This document shows, piece by piece, positions 10,186 to 18,413 of a stretch of DNA of 64,000 bases (its first letter is position 1; the number at the start of each line of letters is the position of its first letter). The notes beneath the pieces are model-generated. The model was not told the origin of the DNA, did no database searches, and was given only the letters and a program-made list of their open reading frames with translations. The stretch comes from an uncultured Acidimicrobiaceae bacterium (GTDB lineage Bacteria; Actinomycetota; Acidimicrobiia; Acidimicrobiales; RAAP-2), in NCBI GenBank assembly GCA_937975915.1, contig CALJTY010000030.1, positions 144,413-208,412 on the forward strand. The letters are read 5' to 3'. The position numbers and the translations under genes were made by a program.

Positions 10186-10269
10186 TTAGCCGCGACCGCA
10201 GTTCGGCTTCTTGCCGTGGTTAGCCTTTTTCTTGGCTCGTAGCTTGCGCTTGTTAGTCCGCTTTGACAT
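10186..10269 (-). CDS. 50S ribosomal protein bL37-like micro-protein (27 aa)
   Basis: Hand translation of the minus strand gives MSKRTNKRKLRAKKKANHGKKPNCGRG. The basic N-terminus and the ANHGKxPN core match my memory of actinobacterial bL37. It is too short for the ORF track. Confidence 0.6.
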   Translation of the reverse strand: MSKRTNKRKLRAKKKANHGKKPNCGRG

Positions 10270-10328
10270 AGGTGACAATGTTAGTAGGTAAATGGCCTAC
10301 TAAGCCAAACGAAGGGAATTACGTGCAG

Positions 10329-11174
10329 ATGCAAGGACAACTTGTAGTGGTAGCAACCCCTCTTGGCAATCTCGGGGACATCTCCCGCCGGGCCCTGGAA
10401 TTACTGGAAAAAGCCGACGTTGTCTACTGCGAAGACACCCGCCACTCGAGCACTCTCTTTAGTGCGAACAACATTCCCGTCAACGGTCGACTGAAAGCCC
10501 TGCATGAGCACAATGAAGCTTCTCAGTGCGAAGAAGTCATTAAGCGAGTCAGCGAAGGCCAAGTTGTCGTTCTTATTAGCGATGCTGGTACTCCGGGCAT
10601 CAGTGACCCGGGCGCACGTGTTGTAGCTGCAGTTGCAGAAGCTGGACTTTTTGTGACCACGGCTCCTGGACCAGCGGCGGTTATTGCCGCTCTCACAATT
10701 AGTGGTCTTCCAACTGAACGTTTCATTATGGAAGGGTTCGTTCCTAGAAAAGCTGGTGAGCGTGAAGCGCTCTACACACAGTGGGCAAAAGAACAACGCA
10801 CAGTTGTCTTTTATGAATCGCCGCAACGACTGGTAACGACGCTTAGCGAACTTGCAGTTCACTACCCTGAGCGCAGGGTGGCTGTTTGTAGAGAAATCAC
10901 CAAGCTCCATGAAGAAGTAATTCGTGGAACTCTGAAAGAAGTGCATGATCGCTATTCATCAAGAGAAGTTCTCGGTGAAATTGTTGTTGTTCTAGACGGC
11001 GCAGAACCGGCACCTGTGGTTGATGATGAAACGGCCAAAAAGGCCATCATTGAGCAGCTGAGTAGCGGGGCCAGCTTGCGAGATGCAGTTTCGTACGTAT
11101 CTGAAACGCTCGGGGTTGCTCACCGAGTTGCGTATCAACTCGGTCTCGATGTTCGAGCCGAGCAGGATTCATAA
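10329..11174 (+). CDS. rsmI: 16S rRNA (cytidine1402-2'-O)-methyltransferase
   Basis: LVVVATPLGNLGDISRRALELLEKADVVYCEDTRHS (TP-methylase fold). The ORF opens at 10272, which would abut the divergent bL37 start. ATG 10329 (or GTG 10323) after GAAGGGA is preferred. Confidence 0.9.
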   Translation: MQGQLVVVATPLGNLGDISRRALELLEKADVVYCEDTRHSSTLFSANNIPVNGRLKALHEHNEASQCEEVIKRVSEGQVVVLISDAGTPGISDPGARVVAAVAEAGLFVTTAPGPAAVIAALTISGLPTERFIMEGFVPRKAGEREALYTQWAKEQRTVVFYESPQRLVTTLSELAVHYPERRVAVCREITKLHEEVIRGTLKEVHDRYSSREVLGEIVVVLDGAEPAPVVDDETAKKAIIEQLSSGASLRDAVSYVSETLGVAHRVAYQLGLDVRAEQDS

Positions 11175-11192
11175 CTTAGTAACCTTTAGTTA

Positions 11193-12722
11193 ATGTCTCG
11201 CTTCTATATCACTACGCCGATTTACTACGTCAATGACGCACCTCACGTCGGCCACGCCTACTGCACAGTGAATGCAGACGCCTTGGCTCGGTGGCACCGA
11301 CTCATTGGTGACGAGACAAAGTTCCTCACCGGAACAGACGAGCACGGCCAAAAGGTTGCTGACGCTGCAGAAAAGAACGGCGTATCACCACAAGCCTGGG
11401 CTGACACCACATCAGCACGCTTCCGTGAAGCCTGGGATGCACTCGGAATCAGTTACGACGACTTCATTCGAACTACCGAGCCTCGCCACTACGAAAGTGT
11501 GCAGAAGTTCCTCACTGCGATTTACGACAACGGTTTTATCTATAAAGACACCTACTCAGGTCTCTACTGCGTTAGCTGTGAGGACTACTTCACCGATGAA
11601 GCAAGTGACAATGGAAAGTGTCCGGTTCACGCGAAACCACTTACGCAGATGGAAGAAGAAAACTGGTTCTTTAAGCTCAGTGCCTTTGAAGACAAATTGC
11701 TTGAGTACTACGCAAAGAATCCAGAGTTCGTAACCCCTGGAACAAAGAGCAATGAAGCGTACGCGTTTATTAAGGGTGGTCTTCGTGACATCTCAATTAC
11801 GCGAACTTCTATTTCGTGGGGTGTTCCAGTTCCGTGGGACGAAAAGCACGTCTTTTACGTTTGGTACGATGCACTGATTAACTACCTCACCGCAATTGGC
11901 TACGGAAGAGAAGATGATGAAGTCGCCAAGTGGTGGCCAAACTCTCACCACCTCATTGGTAAAGAGATCATTCGTTTCCACTGTGTCTGGTGGCCAGCAA
12001 TGTGCATGGCGGCAGGACTTGAACCACCTTCACACGTACAAGTTCACGGCTGGCTACTTGTTGGAGGGCAGAAGCTTTCAAAGACCATGGCCCAAGAAGG
12101 TGGCGTAAAACTCACTGATATTGCCCCAGTTGTCCTTACCAACGAATACGGCGTTGACCCAATTCGTTACTACCTTCTTCGCGAGGCAGTCCTTGGAAAT
12201 GATGGCGATTTCTCACTAGAAGCAATCACTGCTCGCTACAACACTGACCTTGCAAACAACCTCGGAAACCTCGTGGCACGTGTGGCAACTGTGGTGCAGT
12301 CAAAGTGCGATGGAACTTCGCCGGGTGCGAGAAGTGACTCAGTTCTAAGAAGTGATGCAGAGACTGCAGTAAGTGAAACCAGCGCTGCGTGGAACCGCTT
12401 CGCACCACAAGCCGCGCTCGAAGCAACGTGGCGACTCATTGGTGCAACAAATTCATTCCTCGAGCAGAACGCTCCATGGAAAATGGAACCGGGTCCTGAA
12501 GTAGAAGCAGTGATGGGTGACGCGCTCGAAGCAATTCGCATTGTTTCAATTCTTGCAACACCAGCAATGCCAACAGTGTCGGCTGAAATCTGGAAGCGCC
12601 TTGGACTTGATGGACTGCCAACAGATGGCAACTTCAACGACAACACCAAATGGGGACTATTTCCCAAGGGCGTGAAAGTGGAGAAGGGCGATCCTCTTTT
12701 CCCGAGAATCAAGAGTGAGTAA
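11193..12722 (+). CDS. metG: Methionine--tRNA ligase
   Basis: HIGH motif (APHVGHAY), KMSKS-like KLSKT, and a zinc-knuckle region CVSCEDY...CPVH. Confidence 0.95.
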   Translation: MSRFYITTPIYYVNDAPHVGHAYCTVNADALARWHRLIGDETKFLTGTDEHGQKVADAAEKNGVSPQAWADTTSARFREAWDALGISYDDFIRTTEPRHYESVQKFLTAIYDNGFIYKDTYSGLYCVSCEDYFTDEASDNGKCPVHAKPLTQMEEENWFFKLSAFEDKLLEYYAKNPEFVTPGTKSNEAYAFIKGGLRDISITRTSISWGVPVPWDEKHVFYVWYDALINYLTAIGYGREDDEVAKWWPNSHHLIGKEIIRFHCVWWPAMCMAAGLEPPSHVQVHGWLLVGGQKLSKTMAQEGGVKLTDIAPVVLTNEYGVDPIRYYLLREAVLGNDGDFSLEAITARYNTDLANNLGNLVARVATVVQSKCDGTSPGARSDSVLRSDAETAVSETSAAWNRFAPQAALEATWRLIGATNSFLEQNAPWKMEPGPEVEAVMGDALEAIRIVSILATPAMPTVSAEIWKRLGLDGLPTDGNFNDNTKWGLFPKGVKVEKGDPLFPRIKSE

Positions 12723-13513
12723 TGAGTAACTGGACTGACGCGCACTGTCACATTCAAGACAGTTTTTTAACTGATGAAAAAGTTGCACTCAATATTCAAC
12801 AAGTAATGAGTAATGCAGTCGCGGCTGGTGTTGATCGTCTCGTGGTGATTGGCACAGGTGCAGAGACTTCACGTGACGCACTCGCAGTTGCTGAGATTGA
12901 AGGTCCCGTCGAGCTCTACGCAACTGTCGGGCTTCATCCTCACGATTCACTCAGCGACATCCAGCCGATTATTGAAATGGCACGTTCTGGCCACCCCAAG
13001 TTGGTGGGAATTGGCGAGTGTGGTCTCGACTACTTCTACGAACATTCTCCCAGGTCAGAGCAGTTTAAATCCTTTGCCACCCAGATTGGTTTGGCCCATG
13101 AGTTAAACCTGGCGCTGGTGATCCACGCGAGAGATGCATTTGATGACTTGTTCCAGGTTTTTAAGACTGAAGGTGTGCCACCTCGCACAGTCATTCACTG
13201 CTTCACTGGTAATCAAGCTGATGCAGAAGGTTGTCTGGAGTGGGGCTGTGACATTTCGGTTTCTGGAATAGCAACATTCAAAAATGCCGAGTCACTTCGC
13301 GAAGCGGTAAAGATTGTTCCACTTGATCGACTACATGTTGAAACAGATAGTCCATTTCTCGCACCAGTCCCACACCGCGGTCGGCCAAATGAACCGGCGT
13401 ACGTGTCGATAGTTGGTGAATTTGTCGCAAACCTTCGCGGCGAAGAGGTAGCAGTCGTTCGTGATGCAACTGCTGCAAATTCTGCTCGTTTGTTCAATCT
13501 TCCTGTTAAATAA
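12722..13513 (+). CDS. tatD: TatD-family metal-dependent hydrolase
   Basis: N-terminal DAHCH, internal GECGLDY, and C-terminal ETDSPFL. TAATG overlap with metG. Confidence 0.9.
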   Translation: MSNWTDAHCHIQDSFLTDEKVALNIQQVMSNAVAAGVDRLVVIGTGAETSRDALAVAEIEGPVELYATVGLHPHDSLSDIQPIIEMARSGHPKLVGIGECGLDYFYEHSPRSEQFKSFATQIGLAHELNLALVIHARDAFDDLFQVFKTEGVPPRTVIHCFTGNQADAEGCLEWGCDISVSGIATFKNAESLREAVKIVPLDRLHVETDSPFLAPVPHRGRPNEPAYVSIVGEFVANLRGEEVAVVRDATAANSARLFNLPVK

Positions 13514-13669
13514 ATAGCCATTAATCAGGAACTTTAGAGATATACAAATTTCGTATTGCCTTCTTAGTGGTACTTGCCTAGCGTTATAGGGCGAGTTGTT
13601 GCGTAAACGATCGTTGTCCCGACGGAGGGTGGAGATCTGAGGGCATTATTCCAGCGAGTACCACGGTAC

Positions 13670-14536
13670 TTGTTGACGCTTACGGCCGTGAGCAGCATGT
13701 TCGCTGCTTCACTGGTTCTTTCTACGTCTCTCAACGCGGAGGCGTCTACTTCGCACGCTCCAGTTCACATGCCAAACCTCATCGGCACCTCGCGCGCCAA
13801 TGTCTATGCAGTCATGTCGTCAAAGGGTCTCTATTTCACCACCAGCGGCCCGGGATCATCGAATGGAACATGGGTGACGGTTGCTGCACAGAGCCCAGCT
13901 CCTGGCGTTGTGATCGCGTGGCACAGTCAGGCGAAAATTGTGACTTCAATGAAGCCATTTGTCGGTCCCAGAAGGGTCCCAAAGCTCATTGGTCTTTCAA
14001 AAGCCGCTGTGTATAAGGCAATGCACAATGCCGGTCTCTTCTTTGACACCACTGGGCCGGGTGCCTTCAGTGGAACCTGGACCAGGGCCGTTGGGCAAAA
14101 TCCAGCTGCTGGAACGGTTGTCAAATTCGAGTCCGTTGTACTTGTACACGTGGGACTTCCAGTTGTCCCAAAGAAGCCAACTACTCCTTCAACAACGACA
14201 ACTACAACAACAACTCCAGGCGAAACCACAACCACCATCACGGGTGAAACAACAACTGTTCCAGTGACGACAACAACGCTTAAGCCAGCTCCGAAGCGTT
14301 ACGTCATTGGAATTGCCACGTGGTACTCGTATGTTCCTGGACGCTGTGCATCACCAACCTTGCCGTTTGGAACTCACGTTCGTGTGCAGAACATAGCGAC
14401 AGGAAAAACTATTGCGTGCGTTGTTACTGACCGTGAAAATGCATCGTACCCACGCGTTATTGACTTGTCTATGACACAGTTCGCTCAACTGTCACCACTG
14501 TCAAAGGGCGTAATTCGTGTCAGAGTGTCCTGGTGA
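13670..14536 (+). CDS. Exported protein: signal peptide, two PASTA-like domains, Thr-rich linker, RlpA-like double-psi beta-barrel
   Basis: Signal-like N-terminus ending LNAEA. Two PASTA-like repeats. C-terminal GIATWYSY...ASPTLPFGTHVRVQNIATGKTIACVVTDRENASYPRVIDLS matches the RlpA/DPBB pattern. The TTG start is uncertain. Confidence 0.7.
   Translation: MLTLTAVSSMFAASLVLSTSLNAEASTSHAPVHMPNLIGTSRANVYAVMSSKGLYFTTSGPGSSNGTWVTVAAQSPAPGVVIAWHSQAKIVTSMKPFVGPRRVPKLIGLSKAAVYKAMHNAGLFFDTTGPGAFSGTWTRAVGQNPAAGTVVKFESVVLVHVGLPVVPKKPTTPSTTTTTTTTPGETTTTITGETTTVPVTTTTLKPAPKRYVIGIATWYSYVPGRCASPTLPFGTHVRVQNIATGKTIACVVTDRENASYPRVIDLSMTQFAQLSPLSKGVIRVRVSW
13763..14155 (+). repeat. Tandem intragenic duplication encoding two PASTA-like modules
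   Basis: VHMPNLIGTSRANVYAVMSSKGLYFTTSGPGSSNGTWVTVAAQSPAPGVVI aligns with RRVPKLIGLSKAAVYKAMHNAGLFFDTTGPGAFSGTWTRAVGQNPAAGTVV. Confidence 0.7.
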
Positions 14537-15348
14537 CCCACACTAGAACTGACCTCGTTGCGCTTCTTGAAGCGCATGGATTAAAACCATCGCGAGCTCT
14601 CGGGCAAAACTTTGTAGTTGATCCAAACACTGTTCGACGCATTGCCAGGCTCGCCGAAGTCGGACCGGGAGACCTCGTCTTAGAGATTGGAGCAGGACTT
14701 GGTTCTCTGACCCTCGCGCTTATTGAAACAGGTGCCGAAGTGCAGGCAATGGAAGTAGACCGCTATTTGTTAGATCCACTTCGCTCGGTAGTAGAGCCTC
14801 ACGGGGTAACGGTCCATCACGCTGACGCACTGAATGCGAACTACAGCGAAATTCTTGGTGGACGTGAAGCCGCAATTATTGCCAATCTCCCGTACAACGT
14901 TGCAACGCCGCTCGTCCTTCATCTGCTCGAGTCACAGCCTCTCATTAAGCGCATGCTCGTTATGGTGCAAAAAGAAGTGGGAGAGCGCTTTGCGGCCCAA
15001 GCGGGCGATGAGGCATATGGCGCGGCGTCACTTCGTGTTCAATATTTTGCTGATGCGAAAGTTGTAGGCAAGATTGGCCCTTCAGTCTTCTATCCGAAGC
15101 CCAATGTTGACTCAGCACTTGTTTCAATTGTTAGACGCGACAGTGTTCGCATCGATCCAAGCGAAGTCAGTGAAGCTGACCTCTTTGAAGTCATTCGTAT
15201 GTCCTTTGCGCAACGCCGCAAAATGCTTCGACGCTCCCTTAACGGGTGGGCGAGTGAAGGAGTCTTTGAACGCTCTGGAGTGGCTGAAACCAAGCGTCCA
15301 GAAGAGCTCACAATCGAAGAGTTCGCTAAGTTGGTAGCAGCTCGATGA
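14533..15348 (+). CDS. rsmA: 16S rRNA (adenine1518/1519-N6)-dimethyltransferase
   Basis: LGQNFVVD, the SAM motif LEIGAGLGSLT, and NLPYNV. GTGA overlap with the upstream gene. Confidence 0.95.
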   Translation: MTHTRTDLVALLEAHGLKPSRALGQNFVVDPNTVRRIARLAEVGPGDLVLEIGAGLGSLTLALIETGAEVQAMEVDRYLLDPLRSVVEPHGVTVHHADALNANYSEILGGREAAIIANLPYNVATPLVLHLLESQPLIKRMLVMVQKEVGERFAAQAGDEAYGAASLRVQYFADAKVVGKIGPSVFYPKPNVDSALVSIVRRDSVRIDPSEVSEADLFEVIRMSFAQRRKMLRRSLNGWASEGVFERSGVAETKRPEELTIEEFAKLVAAR

Positions 15349-16091
15349 AAGAACTCCTCGCCCCCGCCAAGCTGACCTGGTTCTTAGAAGTCACTGGCGT
15401 GCGCGAAGACGGTTACCACACTCTTCGAAGTGAGATGGTTTCACTGGACTTCAGTGACCGACTGATTATTGAAGAATCAGAAGATTATTTACGACTCACT
15501 CCGGCCAGCATTCGTGTTCCACTTGATGAAACGAATTTAGTTTCTAAAGCACTCAAACTCGTGGGCAGAAAAGCTGGCGTCACGATTGACAAAGTCATTC
15601 CAGCCGGCGGCGGACTCGGCGGCGGAAGCAGTGACGCCGGTGCGATCCTCAGGTGGGTAGGGGGCATAAGTGCAGAGCTCGCAGCAACGCTCGGAGGTGA
15701 TGTTCCGTTTTGCCAACTTGGTGGACGCGCATTAGTGGAAGGTATTGGCGAAGTATTGACGCCACTTCAGTTCGAGAAGCGTGACGTCACGCTCATCATT
15801 CCGAACTTCTCAGTTGATACGAAAGCTTGCTACCAAGCATTTGATGAACTGGGAGAAGTTGGTGAGGGAAGAAATCACCTCGAACGGGCTGCTCGAATAG
15901 TTGAACCACGACTAAATAAGACAATGAATTGGCTGAGCACAGAGTTAGGAAAAGAAGTCCATCTTGCAGGATCGGGTTCAACGATGTTTGTTGAAGGTCA
16001 CTTGGAACCAGGCCAGTCAGTATGGGATGTGCAGGGTCCCGAAGGCACTATTCGGTTCCGCCAGACAAGCACTACGCCACAAGAGGCGTAG
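15345..16091 (+). CDS. ispE: 4-diphosphocytidyl-2-C-methyl-D-erythritol kinase
   Basis: APAKLTWFLEVTGVREDGYH and the GHMP kinase motif PAGGGLGGGSSDAGA. ATGA overlap with rsmA. Compact at 248 aa. Confidence 0.9.
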   Translation: MKELLAPAKLTWFLEVTGVREDGYHTLRSEMVSLDFSDRLIIEESEDYLRLTPASIRVPLDETNLVSKALKLVGRKAGVTIDKVIPAGGGLGGGSSDAGAILRWVGGISAELAATLGGDVPFCQLGGRALVEGIGEVLTPLQFEKRDVTLIIPNFSVDTKACYQAFDELGEVGEGRNHLERAARIVEPRLNKTMNWLSTELGKEVHLAGSGSTMFVEGHLEPGQSVWDVQGPEGTIRFRQTSTTPQEA

Positions 16092-16098
16092 AAACTAG

Positions 16099-16200
16099 TT
16101 ATTTACCGGCGGCGCGACGCTGGAAGCGTGTTCGCTTCAGCATCTTCTTGTGCTTCTTCTTACGCATGCGCTTACGGCGCTTCTTAATTAATGATCCCAT
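16099..16200 (-). CDS. 30S ribosomal protein bS22 (33 aa)
   Basis: Hand translation of the minus strand gives MGSLIKKRRKRMRKKKHKKMLKRTRFQRRAAGK. This matches the actinobacterial bS22 pattern MGSVIKKRRKRM.KKKH.KLL..TR.QRR. It is below the ORF-track cutoff. Confidence 0.7.
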   Translation of the reverse strand: MGSLIKKRRKRMRKKKHKKMLKRTRFQRRAAGK

Positions 16201-16249
16201 GGCTTGTACGACACTACTAGGTTTTCGAAGCGCCCCTCAAATAAACGTT

Positions 16250-16504
16250 TTATTGAGGTTTAACTGTGTCGTTACTTCGCTCGATACTGAGGGCTTGGCG
16301 TGGACATCCGCGAACTGCATAACGAGCTGACTGGAGCAGCCCAGAATTGCTCAAGGGGACGGGTTCGCTTACAACAATGGGATAACCCCACTCGTCCACG
16401 TCTACAAGTTCAGGCGCTAATTCGTGGCAGTGTCCAAATCCGTCACAAAGAATCGGATTTACCTTCAAAACAAATGATCCAGAACGCCTGCGCACTACTC
16501 CCAT
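16250..16504 (-). CDS. Small single-cluster ferredoxin (3Fe-4S/4Fe-4S type)
   Basis: 84 aa with C-D-G-F-G-H-C ... G-C-P, i.e. Cys-x2-X-x2-Cys...Cys-Pro. Phe sits at the second ligand position, which suggests a 3Fe-4S cluster. Overlaps the upstream gene by 10 nt. Confidence 0.75.
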   Translation of the reverse strand: MGVVRRRSGSFVLKVNPILCDGFGHCHELAPELVDVDEWGYPIVVSEPVPLSNSGLLQSARYAVRGCPRQALSIERSNDTVKPQ

Positions 16505-17769
16505 ATAAGTTCGTCCTCATGCTCGATCGTTGGAATAGTAATTGTGTGCTTCGGGCGCTGAGTCCCGGTGCATGGACGTCCAACAATGTGTTGTGAAATG
16601 TCATCTTCAAAAACAACGAGCGCAGATCTCACCAGTCGAATTACACCGTCTGGGTGGCGACAGGCACCGCGACCTTCGATTGAATCGCAGCGGCTTTGTA
16701 GGCGCTCGTATGCGGCCCTCGGATCTTTTGATGAATGCGTAATGCTCATGAGATCTTCAGCAAGTGCAGGAAGACCAAAGGCACATGGTCCGCACTGGCG
16801 AGCACTTTCATTGGCCATCCACCTCACAATTCGAAGTGTCTCATAGACACCACACGCTTCACGTGGAAGCACCGCCATCACACCAGCGCCAACACCCGCC
16901 CCAGGCACGCTCAAGTATTCGTTGGCGTAGGGGGTATCAATGTGTTTTCCGTGCAACCATGTTCCACCGAAGCCACCAAGGAGAAGCGCTTGAGGTGCCA
17001 TGTCGGCGTGACCCGCAGCCAAGATGTCTCTGATTGGCGTGCCAAGAGAAACTTCAAGCACGGTCGATCTCTCAACGGCACCAGAAAGAGACACAAGTGT
17101 CGACCCCGGGCTTTTCTCAGTTCCGAGTTTTCTAAACCACTCAGCACCAAATCGTGCGATCAGTGCAACGTTGGCGCACGTCTCAGCATTATCAACAAGA
17201 GCGGGGTTGCGACCAACACGCAAAATACTTGGACGTTCCGGGCGGTACTGGGGGAGTGATTCATTATCGTTAAGCCAGTGCACAAGAGCTGATTCTTCAC
17301 CTGCCACGTAGCGCCAAGGTGGAGTGTGAAGTTCGATTGTCGCTCCTCGCAGGCTTCGACGCTCTAATTCGTGGATGGCACGATTTAAATGATTAACAAC
17401 AGTTGGATTGTCTCTAGCGACGCAGACGAGAATCCGCTTGGCCCCAATAAGACCCGCCAGGACTTGGGCTCCTTCAAGAATCAAATGAGGGTTCGCACCC
17501 GCGAGGGCGAATTCTTTGTGCGCAGCCGGCTCACCTTCCATGAGGTTCACCACTACAGATTTATTGTTACCTCGCTGCAAGCGCAGGAGATCAACTTTTC
17601 TAAAAGTTGGAAAAGCAGCGCCACCGCGACCAGTTAGCCCCGAGTTTTCGAGCTCGTGCATGACATTAAAAGGTGTTTCAGCAATGAATACTTCTTCATG
17701 TCGCTCGAGCGAAAGAGGGCGCCCTTCAGAGCCGTGAAGTACTCGAGGCAGTGAGCCAGCACTAATCAT
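16495..17769 (-). CDS. NuoF-like (complex I 51-kDa subunit family) FMN/NAD(H)-binding iron-sulfur flavoprotein, stand-alone
   Basis: GLTGRGGAAFPTFRK, NLMEGEPAAHK, YVAGEESALV and NPALVDNAETCANV. SLBB-like GAEWFRKLGTEKSPGSTLVSLSG. The cluster region is ESARQCGPCAFG ... GRGACRHPDG. Confidence 0.8.
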   Translation of the reverse strand: MISAGSLPRVLHGSEGRPLSLERHEEVFIAETPFNVMHELENSGLTGRGGAAFPTFRKVDLLRLQRGNNKSVVVNLMEGEPAAHKEFALAGANPHLILEGAQVLAGLIGAKRILVCVARDNPTVVNHLNRAIHELERRSLRGATIELHTPPWRYVAGEESALVHWLNDNESLPQYRPERPSILRVGRNPALVDNAETCANVALIARFGAEWFRKLGTEKSPGSTLVSLSGAVERSTVLEVSLGTPIRDILAAGHADMAPQALLLGGFGGTWLHGKHIDTPYANEYLSVPGAGVGAGVMAVLPREACGVYETLRIVRWMANESARQCGPCAFGLPALAEDLMSITHSSKDPRAAYERLQSRCDSIEGRGACRHPDGVIRLVRSALVVFEDDISQHIVGRPCTGTQRPKHTITIPTIEHEDELIWE

Positions 17770-18413
17770 TAGCGGCGGCGAGGTTTCACGGTTGGTGCTG
17801 AGCGAGGAGGCGAATCAATCCGCTGTGGAATGGTCTTTGCGCGAGGTAGTGGTGAAAGTGCAGTTCGACCGGCTGCACGCTCGGGACGTGCGAAGTAGCG
17901 CCACAAAGCAACAATAAGGACTAGTCCCGCACATCCTGCGACCACTAACAGCCCGGCTTCATCATGGGTATCGGTACCTGCCATGTAAGCGTGGACAATT
18001 GCTGAGGTGTAGGCCAGCCAGCTGAACCAGTGAATGAATCGCCACGACTCATTTTTAATTCGAACCTTTAGCAAACTTGAAATCCACACACTGAGCAACA
18101 AGTCAAAGCCGACTGCACCGATTGCAATTGGAATTGTTTTATAAGCAGACGTCATGGGAACAAACGCGGAAATTATTCCGGTTGAAACGTAACTATCTAC
18201 GACGGTAGTGAGAATGTGCATGAAGAGAAACAACATTGCGACCATTGAAACTGAACGATGAAGTTCGTTGAGTTCGAAGCGACCGACAAAAGTTCCACCA
18301 ATGCGATTTGACACAAGGGCTCCGAGTACTACAACAAGTGTGAGCAGTAGCAGTGCAACAATGCCCGTTGCTCTAGTGGTGTACCAAAGATAAGTATTAG
18401 TAAACGCAATCAT
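17769..18413 (-). CDS. Ferric-reductase/MsrQ-like transmembrane di-haem protein (no fused FAD/NAD domain)
   Basis: 5-6 TM helices. Two bis-His pairs lie in separate helices: HRSVSMVAMLFLFMH and HWFSWLAYTSAIVH. The start is set at ATG 18413 (ATGA overlap with the ApbE stop) rather than the ORF-track start at 18521. Confidence 0.7.
   Translation of the reverse strand: MIAFTNTYLWYTTRATGIVALLLLTLVVVLGALVSNRIGGTFVGRFELNELHRSVSMVAMLFLFMHILTTVVDSYVSTGIISAFVPMTSAYKTIPIAIGAVGFDLLLSVWISSLLKVRIKNESWRFIHWFSWLAYTSAIVHAYMAGTDTHDEAGLLVVAGCAGLVLIVALWRYFARPERAAGRTALSPLPRAKTIPQRIDSPPRSAPTVKPRRR

Noticed and set aside
12236-12757. Long antisense or alternative-frame ORFs inside well-supported genes. Examples: 12236..12757, 10401..10946, 16735..17259, 26487..26969, 40334..40771, 44583..45008, 49002..49550 and 59912..60352.
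   Set aside because: Each lies wholly within or opposite a gene with strong family motifs. Each has low-complexity Ser/Arg/Ala/Pro-rich composition and no recognisable motif. I treat them as shadow ORFs.
13514-13669. Looked for a cyclic-di-AMP (ydaO-type) riboswitch in the 156-bp leader of the PASTA-RlpA gene, because such riboswitches precede rpf and cell-wall hydrolase genes in actinobacteria.
   Set aside because: I could not recognise the conserved ydaO core segments. Only a short palindrome AACGATCGTT (13606-13615) and a GGAGGGTGGAG purine tract are visible. A covariance-model scan is needed, so no feature was called.
16235-16258. Imperfect AT-rich hairpin (CCTCAAATAAA-CGT-TTTTATTGAGG, with a bulge) overlapping the ferredoxin stop codon, considered as an intrinsic terminator.
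   Set aside because: The stem is weak and bulged, and no U-tract follows on the transcribed strand. Evidence is insufficient to call a terminator.
16022-16330. 102-aa plus-strand ORF from the ORF track.
   Set aside because: It is antisense to the well-matching bS22 micro-gene, spans an intergenic region, and has Arg/Leu/Phe-rich composition typical of a shadow frame.
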